Shown one piece after another: positions 27,401 through 38,985 of a stretch of DNA of 64,000 bases (position 1 is its first letter; each line of letters begins with the position of its first letter). The stretch comes from Cyanophora paradoxa CCMP329 (lineage: Eukaryota; Plantae; Glaucophyta). Below the pieces are notes generated by a model that was not told where the DNA came from, did not search any database, and saw only the letters and a list, made by a program, of their open reading frames with translations. The DNA lies in the NCBI GenBank assembly GCA_004431415.1, contig QPMI01000572.1:1-64000 (forward strand), given 5' to 3'. The position numbers were made by a program, and so were the translations under genes.

Positions 27401-27442
27401 CCCCCGCCGCCCACCCCCGTCAACGGCGTCTTCCCCTTCTAG
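24420..27442 (+). CDS. EXT-like: Exostosin (GT47) glycosyltransferase, EXT1-like, apparently lacking the C-terminal GT64 domain; type II membrane protein
   Basis: RRRNLLLAFVLATVFATAGL anchor; NCFDVSR|CSRDDFRVYVYP; SIYYTDD|ASEACAFF; GFDISVPL; HNGKDVIIRLQC; DERCEEDD; SYRLVETMEAGAIPVVL; MPFHEVVDWSLCAV; ends NGVFPF* at 27442. Confidence 0.9.
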
Positions 27443-28105
27443 GGACGGCGCGTGCATCCTCTTGCGTTTCATTCCCCCCTCTGCTTCGAGGAGCTTGCAT
27501 TCGCAGCGCTAGCTTGCAGTAGGTTGATCATGCAGTACTTTATTTGTTTTATTCCGCCACTTCTTCATGAAGCGTGTTTTCGCAGCGCTAGCTTGCAGTA
27601 GGTTGCAGTACGCAGGTAGAGCATTATTTTTGTCGCATTTAAAGCTTCCCTTTGAATTTCAATTGCAACATGTGATCATGAATTTTGAATCGCATTTACC
27701 TCACTTAAACATGTCATTTTGGTGCATGCGCAGTCTCAGCTGCAGGGTCATTCGCTTTCATTCAACGCGTCATGATCAATGTGTACTACTAGGCCACTAC
27801 GGTAAGCTGTTCTAGCACTCTTGGCCATGGAAGCTTACTCTTGTGGTCCCTTGTTTAGCTGTTCGAGAGCGCTTATTTGGAAGCAAAACAGGAGCCGGGG
27901 TCCCCGCCCAGTCTTGCCGAGGTGAGAGAGAAGCCTTTTAAAAAGAAAGGAAACAGGCGGGAGAGATCTAGAAGCGTTTTCGAAAGCTTGAAGGGATGAA
28001 ATTCGCTGGTCGTGATTCCATCGTCTTCAGATATCGATTACGGTCCACACGTGCGCGTCCGCAGCCGCGACGGGCACGGGGGCGCGCGGGGCGGCCCGGC
28101 CCGGG

Positions 28106-31100
28106 TCAGACGCCGGCGCCGGCCTCGAAGAGCTCCGGCGGCCGCCGCCGCGCCCCGGGCCCGTCCTCCGCGAAGCTGATCGTGTACCCGGAGCCCAGCG
28201 CCCCCCGCGGCGCGTACCCCACCTGCGGGGGGCGCTCCCGCTCAGAAAGGAGGGGGGCGCGGGGCTCCAGAGCGGGGGCGGGCGGCGCGGGGCGCCTGGC
28301 GGGTGCCGTCGCGGCCGCCGAGGGCGGCGTGCTGCCGAGGGCGAGGGCGAAGTCAGAGTCCAACTTCGTCTCTACTGAACTGGAGATCGGAATCCGAGCC
28401 AGGGGCCGACCTGGACGGCCGTCGCGACGTCGGGGAGCACGTTCTGCGGGCCCTGCACGCGCCCGCCCGCGATCAGCCGGGCGCAGGGCCAGCATCTTGA
28501 AGAATCAACGAAGACAAATAACTAGCGCTAGAAGGATACTTAGAAATAAGCGTCAAAGCCCAAAAGGAAACTTGGAGATCAACTGTGGAATGCACCAGGA
28601 GGGCGCGCAGCTCGGCCCGGTCGAGGTACTGCGCCACCGCATCTGAAGGGCGTAGTCATGATCAGAGCGGGCGGCGGACTCAGAAGGTCGAGCTCGAGGC
28701 CGAGGCAGAGGGGGGCGGGGGCGGGGGCGCGGGGGCGGGGGCACCGGAGGGGGCGCAGAGGAGGACGGGCACGTCGCGCTCCTTGTGCGCCGCGATGATC
28801 TCCTGCCGTCGGGGGGGATGAGCTCGGGAGACCTAGAGGGGGCGGGGGGGAGCGCGGGGGCGCACGCGAAGGCACACGACGCCGTCGCTGTCGATGTCTG
28901 CCCCGCGTCCATCCGCCCATCCATCGATCGGGTCCAGGCGCGGCGCGGGCGGGGCGCGCGCGCGCGCGCGGACCATTGCACGCCGAGAGGTCGATGACCA
29001 GCACCTGCGCCGCCGCCCCCCGACTGTAAACGGCCGCTCCAAGCAAGGCTTTGCGTGGAAGAGGGAGGGCGGGGTGGGCGCCTGGAGGCCGCCGGGGACG
29101 AGGCGCTCAGCGCGGCGGACGGCGGCGGCGAGGTGGCGGCGGGAGTAGAAGAGGAGGGGCGCGCGCGGCTGCACCACCGCCACCCCCCGCTGCTCCACCG
29201 CCCACCTGCGCCGGCGTCGCGATGCGACGGCCTGGCCTGGCCGGGGCGGGGGCGGACGGGGCGGCGCGGAGGTCTCGGTAGGCCTCGGTGCCCGGCACCC
29301 GCCCCAGCCGCGCCACCGTCGCTGCCGCCCCCGGCGCGCGTTAGTGCCCTGGAGCGCCGGCGCGGGCGCGGGGGAAGGGGCCGGGGCGCACGGGCGAGGC
29401 CGTCGCGGGCGAGGACGAGGAGGAGCGAGAAGCCGATCCCGATTCCCTGCACCCGCCCCGGTCGGTTTTGATCCCTCCGGCGCGCCGCGAACTTCGAAGC
29501 GAGGCGCCGCACCACGCCGATCTCGACGCCGAGGAATATGACCTGCGGGCATCGGGTCTTCGGTGGCGTCCAGGAGGCGGGGGGGCGGGGGGAGGGGGGG
29601 TACGGGGCACCGCGAGGACGCAGACGAGGAGGCAGAGGAAGTCCCACTTCCGGAAGCGCCTGCCGGGGGGTACGGTTTGCAGCTGCAGGGCGCGGGGGCG
29701 GGGGCGGGCGAGGCGGGGCGGGCCAGATGTGGGCGGCGGCCTGGAAGTCGAGCAGCTCGATCACCGCCAGCAGCTGCCGGCCCGTCAGAGGCGCTTAGAA
29801 GAGGAGGGGGCGGGTGGGCGGGACGAGCCACGATGGAGGCGAGGACGGGCTTGGGGAGCCAGCGGACGAGGGGCGTCAGCACGAGCAGCGCCAGCGCCAC
29901 CCACTGCACGGCGTGAGGGGGGTCGGGGCGGGGCGGGGCGGGGCGGGGCGGGGCGGGGGCGGACGAGGGCGGAGACGGCCTTGGTGATGTTCGAGGTCGC
30001 CCCCGCCGCCGCGTTGATCGCCGTCCGCGAGCTGTGCCGGGGTGGGGGGGAGAGGGGGGGGGGCGGGGGGATGGAGGGCGCACAAGGAGACGCAGATGGG
30101 GTACGACTGCACGAAGCTCCCCAGGACGTTCGAGGCCCCCAGTGCGATCAGCTCCTGGTCCGGGTCGATCTGGGGGGAAATGAGCGAGGCGGGGGTACGA
30201 GATCGCGGAGGGTGTCATGGGAGGTGGGGGCGCGACCTTGTACCCGTTCCGGCGCGCGAACTGCCGCCCGATCGCGATCGTCTCCATGTAGCTGCACCCG
30301 GGCAAGTGAGGCGGGTACAGAGGCTGGGGCGAGTGCGGGGGGTACCCGATGAGCGCGATCGAGATGGCGCTGCCAATGAGGGTACCCCCGGATATGTTCG
30401 CCTCACCGAGCGGGGGTACCTCGAAGCTGGGGAGGCCCTGCAGGGGTACGCTTGTTCGCGGGAAGGCCGGGGGAGGGGCGGGAGGGTAGGGCGGCGCCTT
30501 GGGTACGTCTCCAACTACGGAGAGGCGACTGGTGGGGAGCTGAAGGCTGCGGGGGGTATGAGAGGGGATATCAGAGAGCATGGGGGGTACAGTCGCGGCA
30601 CCCATAGGCGGCTCCCGTCCCGGCGACGACGACGATGAGAGGACCCGGGATGAGTAGCTGCCGGGGTACCTCAAAAGAGGCGCGGATGGGGCTGCAGGGG
30701 TACGTGTACGACTAGCCTTGTAGCGGCGGTTGACGAAGCGAACGGCGACGAGGACGACCAGCGCGACTGGGAAGAGGGGAGCGGAGGGGATCGGGGGTAC
30801 GCTGGAGTGGCACGGGCCCCGCGGGAGTCGTACCCACGCCGAAGACGAAAGACTCCCATTTCGTCTCCCCGAGCTGCGCAGAGGGGTACGCGTGAGTATC
30901 TGATGCAGGAAGAAGGGGATACACGAACGGCGCACGTGGCCGATCTGGTACCCCACGTTGCGGTAGGTCGCGCCCTGTGCGATGTCCTTCGGCACTGGAC
31001 GGAGGGCGCAATGAGCAAGAAGCCTTCAAATCAGGATCTACAGGGGTACAAAATGCGCACCGGATATGCCGAATATGTCCTTGGTCTGGCTCGCGGCGAT

Positions 31101-33232
31101 GTTGATGGCCGCTGGGGCGCCGCGTCGGGCCGGCACAAGGCAGGAGCGCTGGGGCGAGCGCGTACCCCCGATCATGAAGCCGATGAGGCTGCGCGAGGGG
31201 AAGGATCGAGAGGGGGGTAAGCCGAAGGGGGAACGGCGAGCGGTCCTCGGCTCGAGCTCGCGCACACTGCGGCGCGAGGGCCGGATCAGGCGAGGGCCGG
31301 CGGGGCACGCCGAGCTGGGCCGGGCCGGGGCGCGGGGCCGGCGGGCGAGGGCACCGGGGTGGCTCAGGAACTCGGTGATCCAGCCGAGGTGCACGACCCT
31401 GGGCGCGGCCCGTACCCGTCAGCCTCCAGCTGCTGCTTGCCGCCGCCCCGCCGCGCCGGCGAGGACCCGGGCCCTCGCACCCCATGGCGAAGTTGATGAG
31501 GCCGGAGAAGAACGCCAGCGAGATGCCCGCCGCCACCCGCGCCCCCACGTCCTCCGTCTGCGCCCCCGCCCCCGCCGGCGGTGGGCGGGCAGCGGGGGGG
31601 GCGGGCGGGCTGGCGGGCGGGCGGGCGCCTGGGCGGTGGCGGAGCCGACGAGGAGGGAGACGACAGCCACGGGGCCCAGCGCCGCCTGCCGGGGAGGGGT
31701 ACACGCATCGCGCTCGCTTCTCGAGGGCGGCGCGCAGATGTGGAGCTCGAGGCGCGAAGGGCGGAACCTGGCGGGATGTCCCCAGGACCAGGTACACCTG
31801 CGGGGGCTCAACGAAACGCATCGGGGGGTACGTGGGACAACGAGCGGGGGGTACCAGTTGGGGAAAGAGGGCGGCGTAGAGGCCGTAGACGGGGGGGAGG
31901 TTCGCCAGCTGGGCGTACGCCATCGACTGGAGGGGGGTACAGCGTCGGACGGGCGGAAAGGGGGGCGCGGGGGGTACGGCGAGGGGGAGGGAAAGAGGCG
32001 CCTGCGGAATCAGCGTGCACCTGCAATGCGCGGTAAGCCGGGCGCACGCTGAAAAGAGAGAAGAGGCGCACGCGACGGTCGTGCCGGCGATGACGTCCTT
32101 GAGCGCCGAGCGCCACGTCACTTCGCGGATCCACTCTGCGGCCCGAGCGGTCGGAGGGGAGACGGCGCCGCAGCTGCGCCGGGCCGGCGCCGACCGACGA
32201 TGGGAACGCGGCGGCGGATGCGGCTGCGCCACGCGGCGCGGTCGAGGAGGCGGCGGCGGGCGCGGGCGAGGAGCCCCTCCTTCGCCTGCGCGCGCGCGGA
32301 TCGAATTCGAATTTGAATCTGTGGCGGGGCGAGCCGCCAGCTGCAGCGCGCGCACGGGAGCCTCGTCGGCCTGTGAGCCCTCGCTCTCCAGGTCGACCAC
32401 GTGCACGATCGGCTCCGCCAGCGGGCCTTTGATGGGGCTGCCGGAGCGGAATTCGATCGCGAGGGGCGCGGATCGAATTCGGATTCGAGCCCAGGCGGAC
32501 CTGAGCAGCGGGTGCTCCGCGAGATACCGCTCCGTGCGCGAGGGGATCACAGTGGCGTACTTGTGCGCGTGGTCTGCGCGGCGGCGTTCAAATGCTCGGC
32601 GCCTGAGGTCGGGGCGCTTGCACCCTCGGATTCGTGCAGGTGCGTGTAGACGAGGTTCAGATACGCGGAAAGCTCCTGGGAAGGCCATCTGAAGGCTGTG
32701 GCGCGCCCAATCTAAACGACTGAAGGCTCTGGAGCTCGAGCGGGGCGCTCAATCTAAACGCATGAAGCACGCGCGCGCGCGCGGAACGGCCGAGCGATGC
32801 GTGTCTCACATTCGGCGTGGATCTCCGACAGAAAAGCGCGGAAGAGCGCTTGCCGCTCGCGCACGGCGACTGCGTCGTTCCTCCCCTGCGTCGGCAAGCG
32901 GAACACGCTCTCCAGGCTCAGCGCCGCGGGCGGCGAATGCAGAGGCTCCAGCTCCGACTCCGTCAACGCAGCGTCCGCTGCCGTCCCCGCCGCGTGCCGT
33001 CTGCAGGAGCGGCGTCGGCGCCAACTCGTCTGTTCGCGCTGCTAAGCAACAGCGGGGCGACTGACCTGTGCACGTGTGATCCGTGATGCGCATGCTGTAC
33101 GGCGTCGCCGTAGAAGTCTCGAGCTACGCGCTGGAAGATGCGGAGCACTGGCGCGCGTGGCTGGCCAGTCAGCGCTGTAGGATTGCGCGCAGGATGGTTC
33201 ACGCGCATGCGCACCTTCAGCAAGGTGCTCAT
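28106..33232 (-). CDS. SULTR: SulP/SLC26 sulfate transporter with C-terminal STAS domain and a long N-terminal extension
   Basis: LKDVIAGTTVA|CTLIPQ|SMAYAQLANLPPVYGLYAAL, LGTSRQ|ALGPVAVVSLL, LGWITEFLSHP, METIAIGRQFARRNGY, LTPLVRWLPKPVLASIV and STAS motif VLVIDLSACN|DIDSDG. Start uncertain (33232 or further upstream). Confidence 0.9.
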
Positions 33233-33476
33233 TCTCGATGGCCTGCACGGGGCCGCCGGCGTGCTCCATACGCGCGGCGAGACTTAATCCGCGTACCCGT
33301 CTGCGCGGCGAGTCTAAATTCGCGCACGGCCAGCTTAGGACGTGTGCCCGCAGCTCGTCGAGTATAGCCGCTAGCCGGGGCACAGAGCCGCGTGGACATC
33401 CTCCAGCCGGCGCCCAGAGCGGCAGCAGCCGGCGCTGACAGCCTCGTGTCGGCGGCTCTAGCTCTCACGGGCCACG

Positions 33477-36400
33477 ATGGCGAACAACAACGCGTATGAC
33501 CTGCTCGCCGTGACAGGTGCCTAGCTAACCGCCGCCGTGACTTCTAGCTAAGGATTTGACGGTTTCAACGTGCCTCAGTCAACACGGTGTCCGTCGAGGG
33601 ATGGAACACGGGCCTGGGTGGAAGCGACAAGGAGCCTAACATTCAGCTGAAAGTGTACCTCGGTGCGCCCGGCTCGGGTTACGGACTTCGACTGCCGAGT
33701 CGGCCGCCGCTTATCTTAGCCGCTCCGGCGCCCGACAGGCAACCAGATGCGTACTGGCACGGAGGCTGAGAAGCTTGTCAAGGGAAAGACGCGCAAGCCC
33801 GGAGACCCGCTGAACTACAACGAGACGCTCTGCCCGCCCTTGTGCGTACCTCCGAGGCCCTGAACCGTGGCACTGGCGGCGCTGGGCAGCTGACGCGCCG
33901 CGCAGCTTCGTCTTCAACTTCGAGCAGAATCTGAAGGTAGAGGTGTACGACAAGGGCACGCTGTTGCGGAAGAAGCTGGCCACATGCGAGATCCCCATCT
34001 ATTCCTTCCAAAGCTACTTCCAGTGCGCCAGCCGCCGGGCCGGCCGCGTGCGCCTCGCTGACCGCATGCGCAGGGGCGAGATCTCGTGGATCAAGAAGGC
34101 TCGCCCCGCCGAGCTCGCCAGCCGAGCGCCGCCAAGGCTGCCCGTCTAACCGCAGCGCTTTCCCCACAGGACCTGGACGCGTGGCAGGACTACACCACGG
34201 AGCCCTGCGAGTGCGTTGCTCCCCGCCGCCCGCCCGCCCGCCTGCGCCCGAGCCGAGCCGGGGGCGCAGCTACTACTGCTGGTCTCCGGACGGCAAGTCG
34301 AACCTGACGATCAAGGTCAACATGAGCTTCCGCTGCATGAAGGCGCGCCTTCTCTCTCTTCTCTCTCTCTCTTTCTTTCTTCTAAAGGAGCGAACCTTCT
34401 CTCAGATCCCGGAGACGAAGTTCATGTCGCGGCAGAACCTGTACAGCTCCTCGTCCGTCGCGAAGGCGCTCTTCATCTACATGGACCAGGGCATCAACGT
34501 CCGCGACGTCCTTGGTCCGCCCCGCCCCGCACCCCAGCCGGCGCCCCGGCGCCCCGGCGCGCGGCCTGACGGGCGACGGCAGACGAGTACTTCATCGAGG
34601 GGCGGGACCAGCTCAACTGGGACACGTGGGAGTGGTACAAGAAGTTCAAGACGCTCACGTGCGTCGCGGAGTGCAACGGGCGGGAGATCAAGGGCCGCCT
34701 CGAGAACAAGCCCGGCAACCAGACGACCTTCAACGACATGTTCCGCTTGTGCGCCCGCCCTCGCAAAGAAGAGCGGAGCGCCGCCGCCCCTTCCTCACCC
34801 CTCCCTCCCGCCCCGCAGCGATTTCACGGAGGAGGAGGCGAAGGGGATCAAGGACAAGACGCTGGACGTGACGGTCCTCGCCGACGAGAAGCCCGTCGCC
34901 TACTTCCGCGTCGCCCTCTCCAAGTTCTCGGACGGCAAGCCGCACAAGCTGCGCATGGACCTCCGCCCCGCCGGCGTGCCCCGCGAGGTCTCCAGCGCCA
35001 AGTACGGACTCGAGAAGGTCGGGCACGCCGTCAAGAACTTCTTCACGAAGATCGGGGACGCCATCACCGCGGCGGCCAGCAAGGTCGCCGACACCTTCCT
35101 CGCCCCGGCCGTCAAGCACTACCGCAAGAAGTACTGGGACGGCATCTCGGCGGGCAAGAACGTGCACATCCCGAAGTTCCTGGCGACGCGGGTGAAGGGC
35201 GAGGGCTGGGACGCCTACGTGAAGCGCTGGGAGGCGGCGGAGAAGAAGAAGCTGGACGAGAAGTACTTCGAGAAGGCCGGCGAGGTCGTCTTCCACGCCC
35301 ACCTCGTCAAGCCCACCGAGGCGAGCGCGCGCGCGCTTCTTTGATGCGCCCCTCTAACACGCGAGGCCAGGACGGGGTGCTGCTGCCGCTCATCCCGGTG
35401 GAGTGCTTCCAGGGCAAGGAGCGCAAGGAGTGGGAGACCGCCTTCACCGAGCAGTGCGCCCGCCCGCTCAGAGTTTGTTTGTCTGGCCTCGCCCCGCCCC
35501 GCCCCGCCGACGGGCCGCGCAGCATGACGGAGCGCATCACGAGCGGGACGGCGACGAGCTGGGCGAGTGACACCTCGGCCGCCGACCTCGAGGACTGGAC
35601 GGCCTCGGAGGAGAAGGCCGAGGAGCCCGACGTCCCCGCTGACGAGGCCGAGGCCGCCAAGGACATGTTCGAGTGCGCCCTCAGCCGGCCGGCGAGCGGG
35701 CGGGCGGCCTCTCACGCCGGCGCCGCAGCGGGGTGAGCGAGGAGCAGGGCCTGAAGGACGCCCCCGTGGCGGACCACGTGCCCCCGGAGCACCTCGCCGC
35801 CGCCGCCGCCAAGGCGGCCCAGCAGGCGGCCCCGCCCGCCCAGGCCCCGCCGGCCGGCGAGGGCGCCCTCAAGACCCAGGCCCAGAAGCTCGCCGAGGAG
35901 GGCCGCGCCCCCGCCCCGCCCCGGCCCCGGCCCAGGCCCCTCGAAGCGTGCGCCCGGCCCCCGCCGCGCTGCCGCGCCGCGCCGCGCGCCCGATCTGACG
36001 CTGGCCGCAGCGGTTGTCGAGCGCATCGCGCCCAACCCGGGCGCCAAGGAGGCGGCCGCCCCGGCCCCGGCCCCGGCCCAGGCGGCCCCGGCCCCCGCTC
36101 AGAAGGAGCGGAAGGGGGCGGAGGAGCTGCCGGACAAGGATCTGGACCCCTACGCGCTGGCGCAGCGCAATTTGATCCGGGCGATCCTGAAGGCGTCCGA
36201 GGCGCCCTCGAAGGAGTTCGAGGGGAAGGTGGCGGAGGCGGTGAAGGCGGCCTTCGAGCGGGAGCGGGCCCTGCAGCGCGAGGCCGAGGAGCGCGCCCGC
36301 GCCTCCTCCCGCGACGCCCTCACCGTCGAGGTCCCCGAGCTCCCCGAGGTGCGGGGGGGTACAGGGCGCGAGGGGGGTACAGGGGCCGAGCTGAGCCCGG

Positions 36401-37159
36401 GCGCCGCAGACGCGGGCGTGGCGGGAGAAGCGGACGGCGTACCACAAGTTCCGGAGGGAGAACGCGTACGCCCCGGCCACGCCGTCGGCCGCATACCCCC
36501 CGGAGTACGCGGCGCCGCCGCGGAGCCCGTACCGCCCCGCCGCCTCGCCGGCCGGCTCCCACTACGCGCCCCGCTCGCCCTACCGCGGGGAATACGTGCC
36601 CCCCGTGGAGGATTACTACGCCCCGCCCTCGGGCTACTACGCCCCCCCGGACGCGTACGAGTACCCCCCGGACGCCGGGTACCGCGCGCCGCCCTCCCGC
36701 GGCTACTACGCCCGCCCGCCGGGCTCCGCCCCCCGCTCCCCGGCGCGCTCGCCCCACCGGCGGCCCATCAGCCCCACGCGCGCCCGGACCGCGTACCCGC
36801 CGCCGTCCCGCGGCCCGCCTGCGGGGTACGGCCCGCCGGCGGGGTACGCGCCGCCGGAGGAGTACTACTACCCCGAGCCGGCGTACGGCCCGCCGCCGTC
36901 GCGGGGGCCGCCGCCCCCCGTGGGGTACTACGACGAGGGGCGGCCGGTGGGGACGGCGGGCCAGTACGGGCCGCGGGCGGGGTCGCCGACGCGGCGGCCG
37001 CGGCTGCAGGACTACAGCCTGGTGGGGGAGGGGCGGCTGGCGGGGCGGGCGGGGGACATCGTAGGGGACCTCCAGGAGCTCCGCTACGAGGCGGACCGCC
37101 TCCAGCAGCAGCTGCGCACCGGCATCCACCACGCCCTCCGCCCCGACTCCCACTACTAG
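33477..37159 (+). CDS. Tandem C2-domain protein with a Tyr/Pro-rich C-terminal tail
   Basis: EPNIQLKVYL...PLNYNET...FVFNFEQNLKVEVYDKGTLLRKKLATCEIPI is C2-like. A second C2-like unit reads TTFNDMFRF...TLDVTVLADEKPVAYFRVALSK. The YAPP-rich tail ends HALRPDSHY* at 37159. Confidence 0.7.
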
Positions 37160-37583
37160 CACTAGTACCAGGCGCCCGTTCGCGTCGCCCAGCTGTAGCG
37201 CCTCGCGTTAGTGCGCGTACGTGTGTGCATCTAATTGCATTCGAATTCCGACCGCCTCGATTCAATTCGTTCAACGTGAACGCATACGGATTCGTTTCAT
37301 TTGCATCAATAATCAAAGAAACTGCGGAGACTGCAGAACAGCTATCTAGCTGCACATGATAAATCGAAACAAAGATCATGATCATCCTGATCTCGCGAAG
37401 GAGCGACACAATTGCAACTGCAGAGACTGTGCACATGAAATGGATATGGGTTATGTAAGGGACTTGGGCACATAGATAAGCGTAGCAGAGGACCTGCTAC
37501 TAGATAGGGGCCGAGGGAGGGGCCCTCCTCAGCCAGTGCACGCTTTAACTGGTGCCGGGGAAAGTGCGCAGCGGGCCCCCTGC

Positions 37584-38985
37584 TCAGGAGGCGCTGGGCT
37601 GGGCCTTGGCGGCGGCGACCGGGGTGGCGCCGCTCTGCGCCTTGGCCTTCTTGGCGGCCTCGGCGGCGCGGAAGGCGTCCCAGACCTCCTTGGCCTCGGC
37701 GTAGGCGGCGGGGCCCCACAGCGCCTTCGTCTGCTCGATGACCGCGTCCACCTCCTGCCCGCCCGTCCCGTCGGCGCCCAACGCGGCGGGGCGGGGGCGG
37801 GGGCGCGCGGGGCGGGGCGCGCGGACCTCCTCGGTGGCGCCGGCGCGCATCGAGCCGCGGATGTGGCTCGTCAGCTGGCTGTTGACGGACTGGCCGGCGA
37901 GGACGGAGACGGCGCAGAGCTCGCGGATGCGGAGCGAGGGGCCCGGCCGGCCCAGCAGGCGCCCGTACCTGAGCCCCGGAGGGAAGCGCGGTGAGCCGGG
38001 CGTGCGCGCTCGGGGGGGCGAGGCGAGGGCTGCGCACCCGCACTCGAGGACCCAGTCGGCGAGCGCCGGGTGCAGGTCGAAGAGGTGCGCCTTCACGCGG
38101 TCCATCTGGTTCCCGTACACGGCCCCGAAGACGTTGACGCCCTCCTTGAGGAAGTCGTGCTGCGAGGACTCGTAGTTCTCCCACTCGGCGAGCTGCGGCG
38201 CGTCAGCCGGCGGCGCGCGGCGGGCGGGCCCGCGGGATCAAATCCGGATGCGCACCGTGCGCTTGTCCTCGGGGACGCCGTCTTCGGTCCACCAGACGTG
38301 CGCGTTCAGGCTCTGCTCGGTGGGCGTCCCCTTCATCGCCTCCTCCGCCGCGACGGCCTCGGCGTGGACGGCCTTGCGCTCGGCAGCCGTCATCGCCTTC
38401 TGCACCGCGCCGAGGGCGTTGATGACGCGCGGGATCCCCGCGAACAGCTCCGTCTGGAGGATGATCTCCAGCGCGTTGCGCCGCTCCTTCACGTCCAGGT
38501 GCTTCCAGTCCTCCACGAGCGCCTTCAGGTTGCCTTGCGCCGCGTGGACGGTGATGAAGCAGTACACGCGCTCCGCTGCCGTCATCGTCTTCTCGCACCT
38601 ACAGACGACGAATGATTCGCATGCGCATCGAGGAAGTGCCGGCGCGAGGCCACGGACCGCGGGACGATGTTGTTCGCGAGAAGCGGGTGGAGAGGGACGG
38701 TCACCGGGCCGGCATCGCTCGCATGGATCTCGGGCTCGGGCGCAGGCTGCGGCCTGATGTCCACGCTGAACACGGAGTCCATCATCGGGTGCCAGTTGCC
38801 GCGCCTCGTCGCCTGCGCCTCGGCAGTCGCCGGAGACGCCGGCGCTTGCGTCGCAGACGTTGCAGTCGCCCTGGCAAAGAGCTTAATGTGCGCCAGGCTG
38901 GCAACCGGCCGCAGGCAGACGGCCCTGCAAAGGGCGTCAGCCGTCAGCGCGAGAGCGGAAACTGCTCAAGGCCCAACCTGCACAT
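37584..38985 (-). CDS. Carboxymuconolactone decarboxylase / AhpD-like protein with a putative organellar transit peptide
   Basis: LEIILQTELFAGIPRVINAL; VFGAVYG; LADWVLECG|YGRLLGRPGPSLRIRELCAVSVLAG...QLTSHIRGSMRAGATEEE. The N-terminus MCR|AVCLRPVASLAHIKLFARATAT is basic and Ala/Thr-rich. Confidence 0.8.

Noticed and set aside
33827-33905. GC donor at 33827 in the C2 gene
   Set aside because: An alternative GT donor a few codons downstream (tt|gtgcgt) gives the same phase, so it was not counted as evidence.
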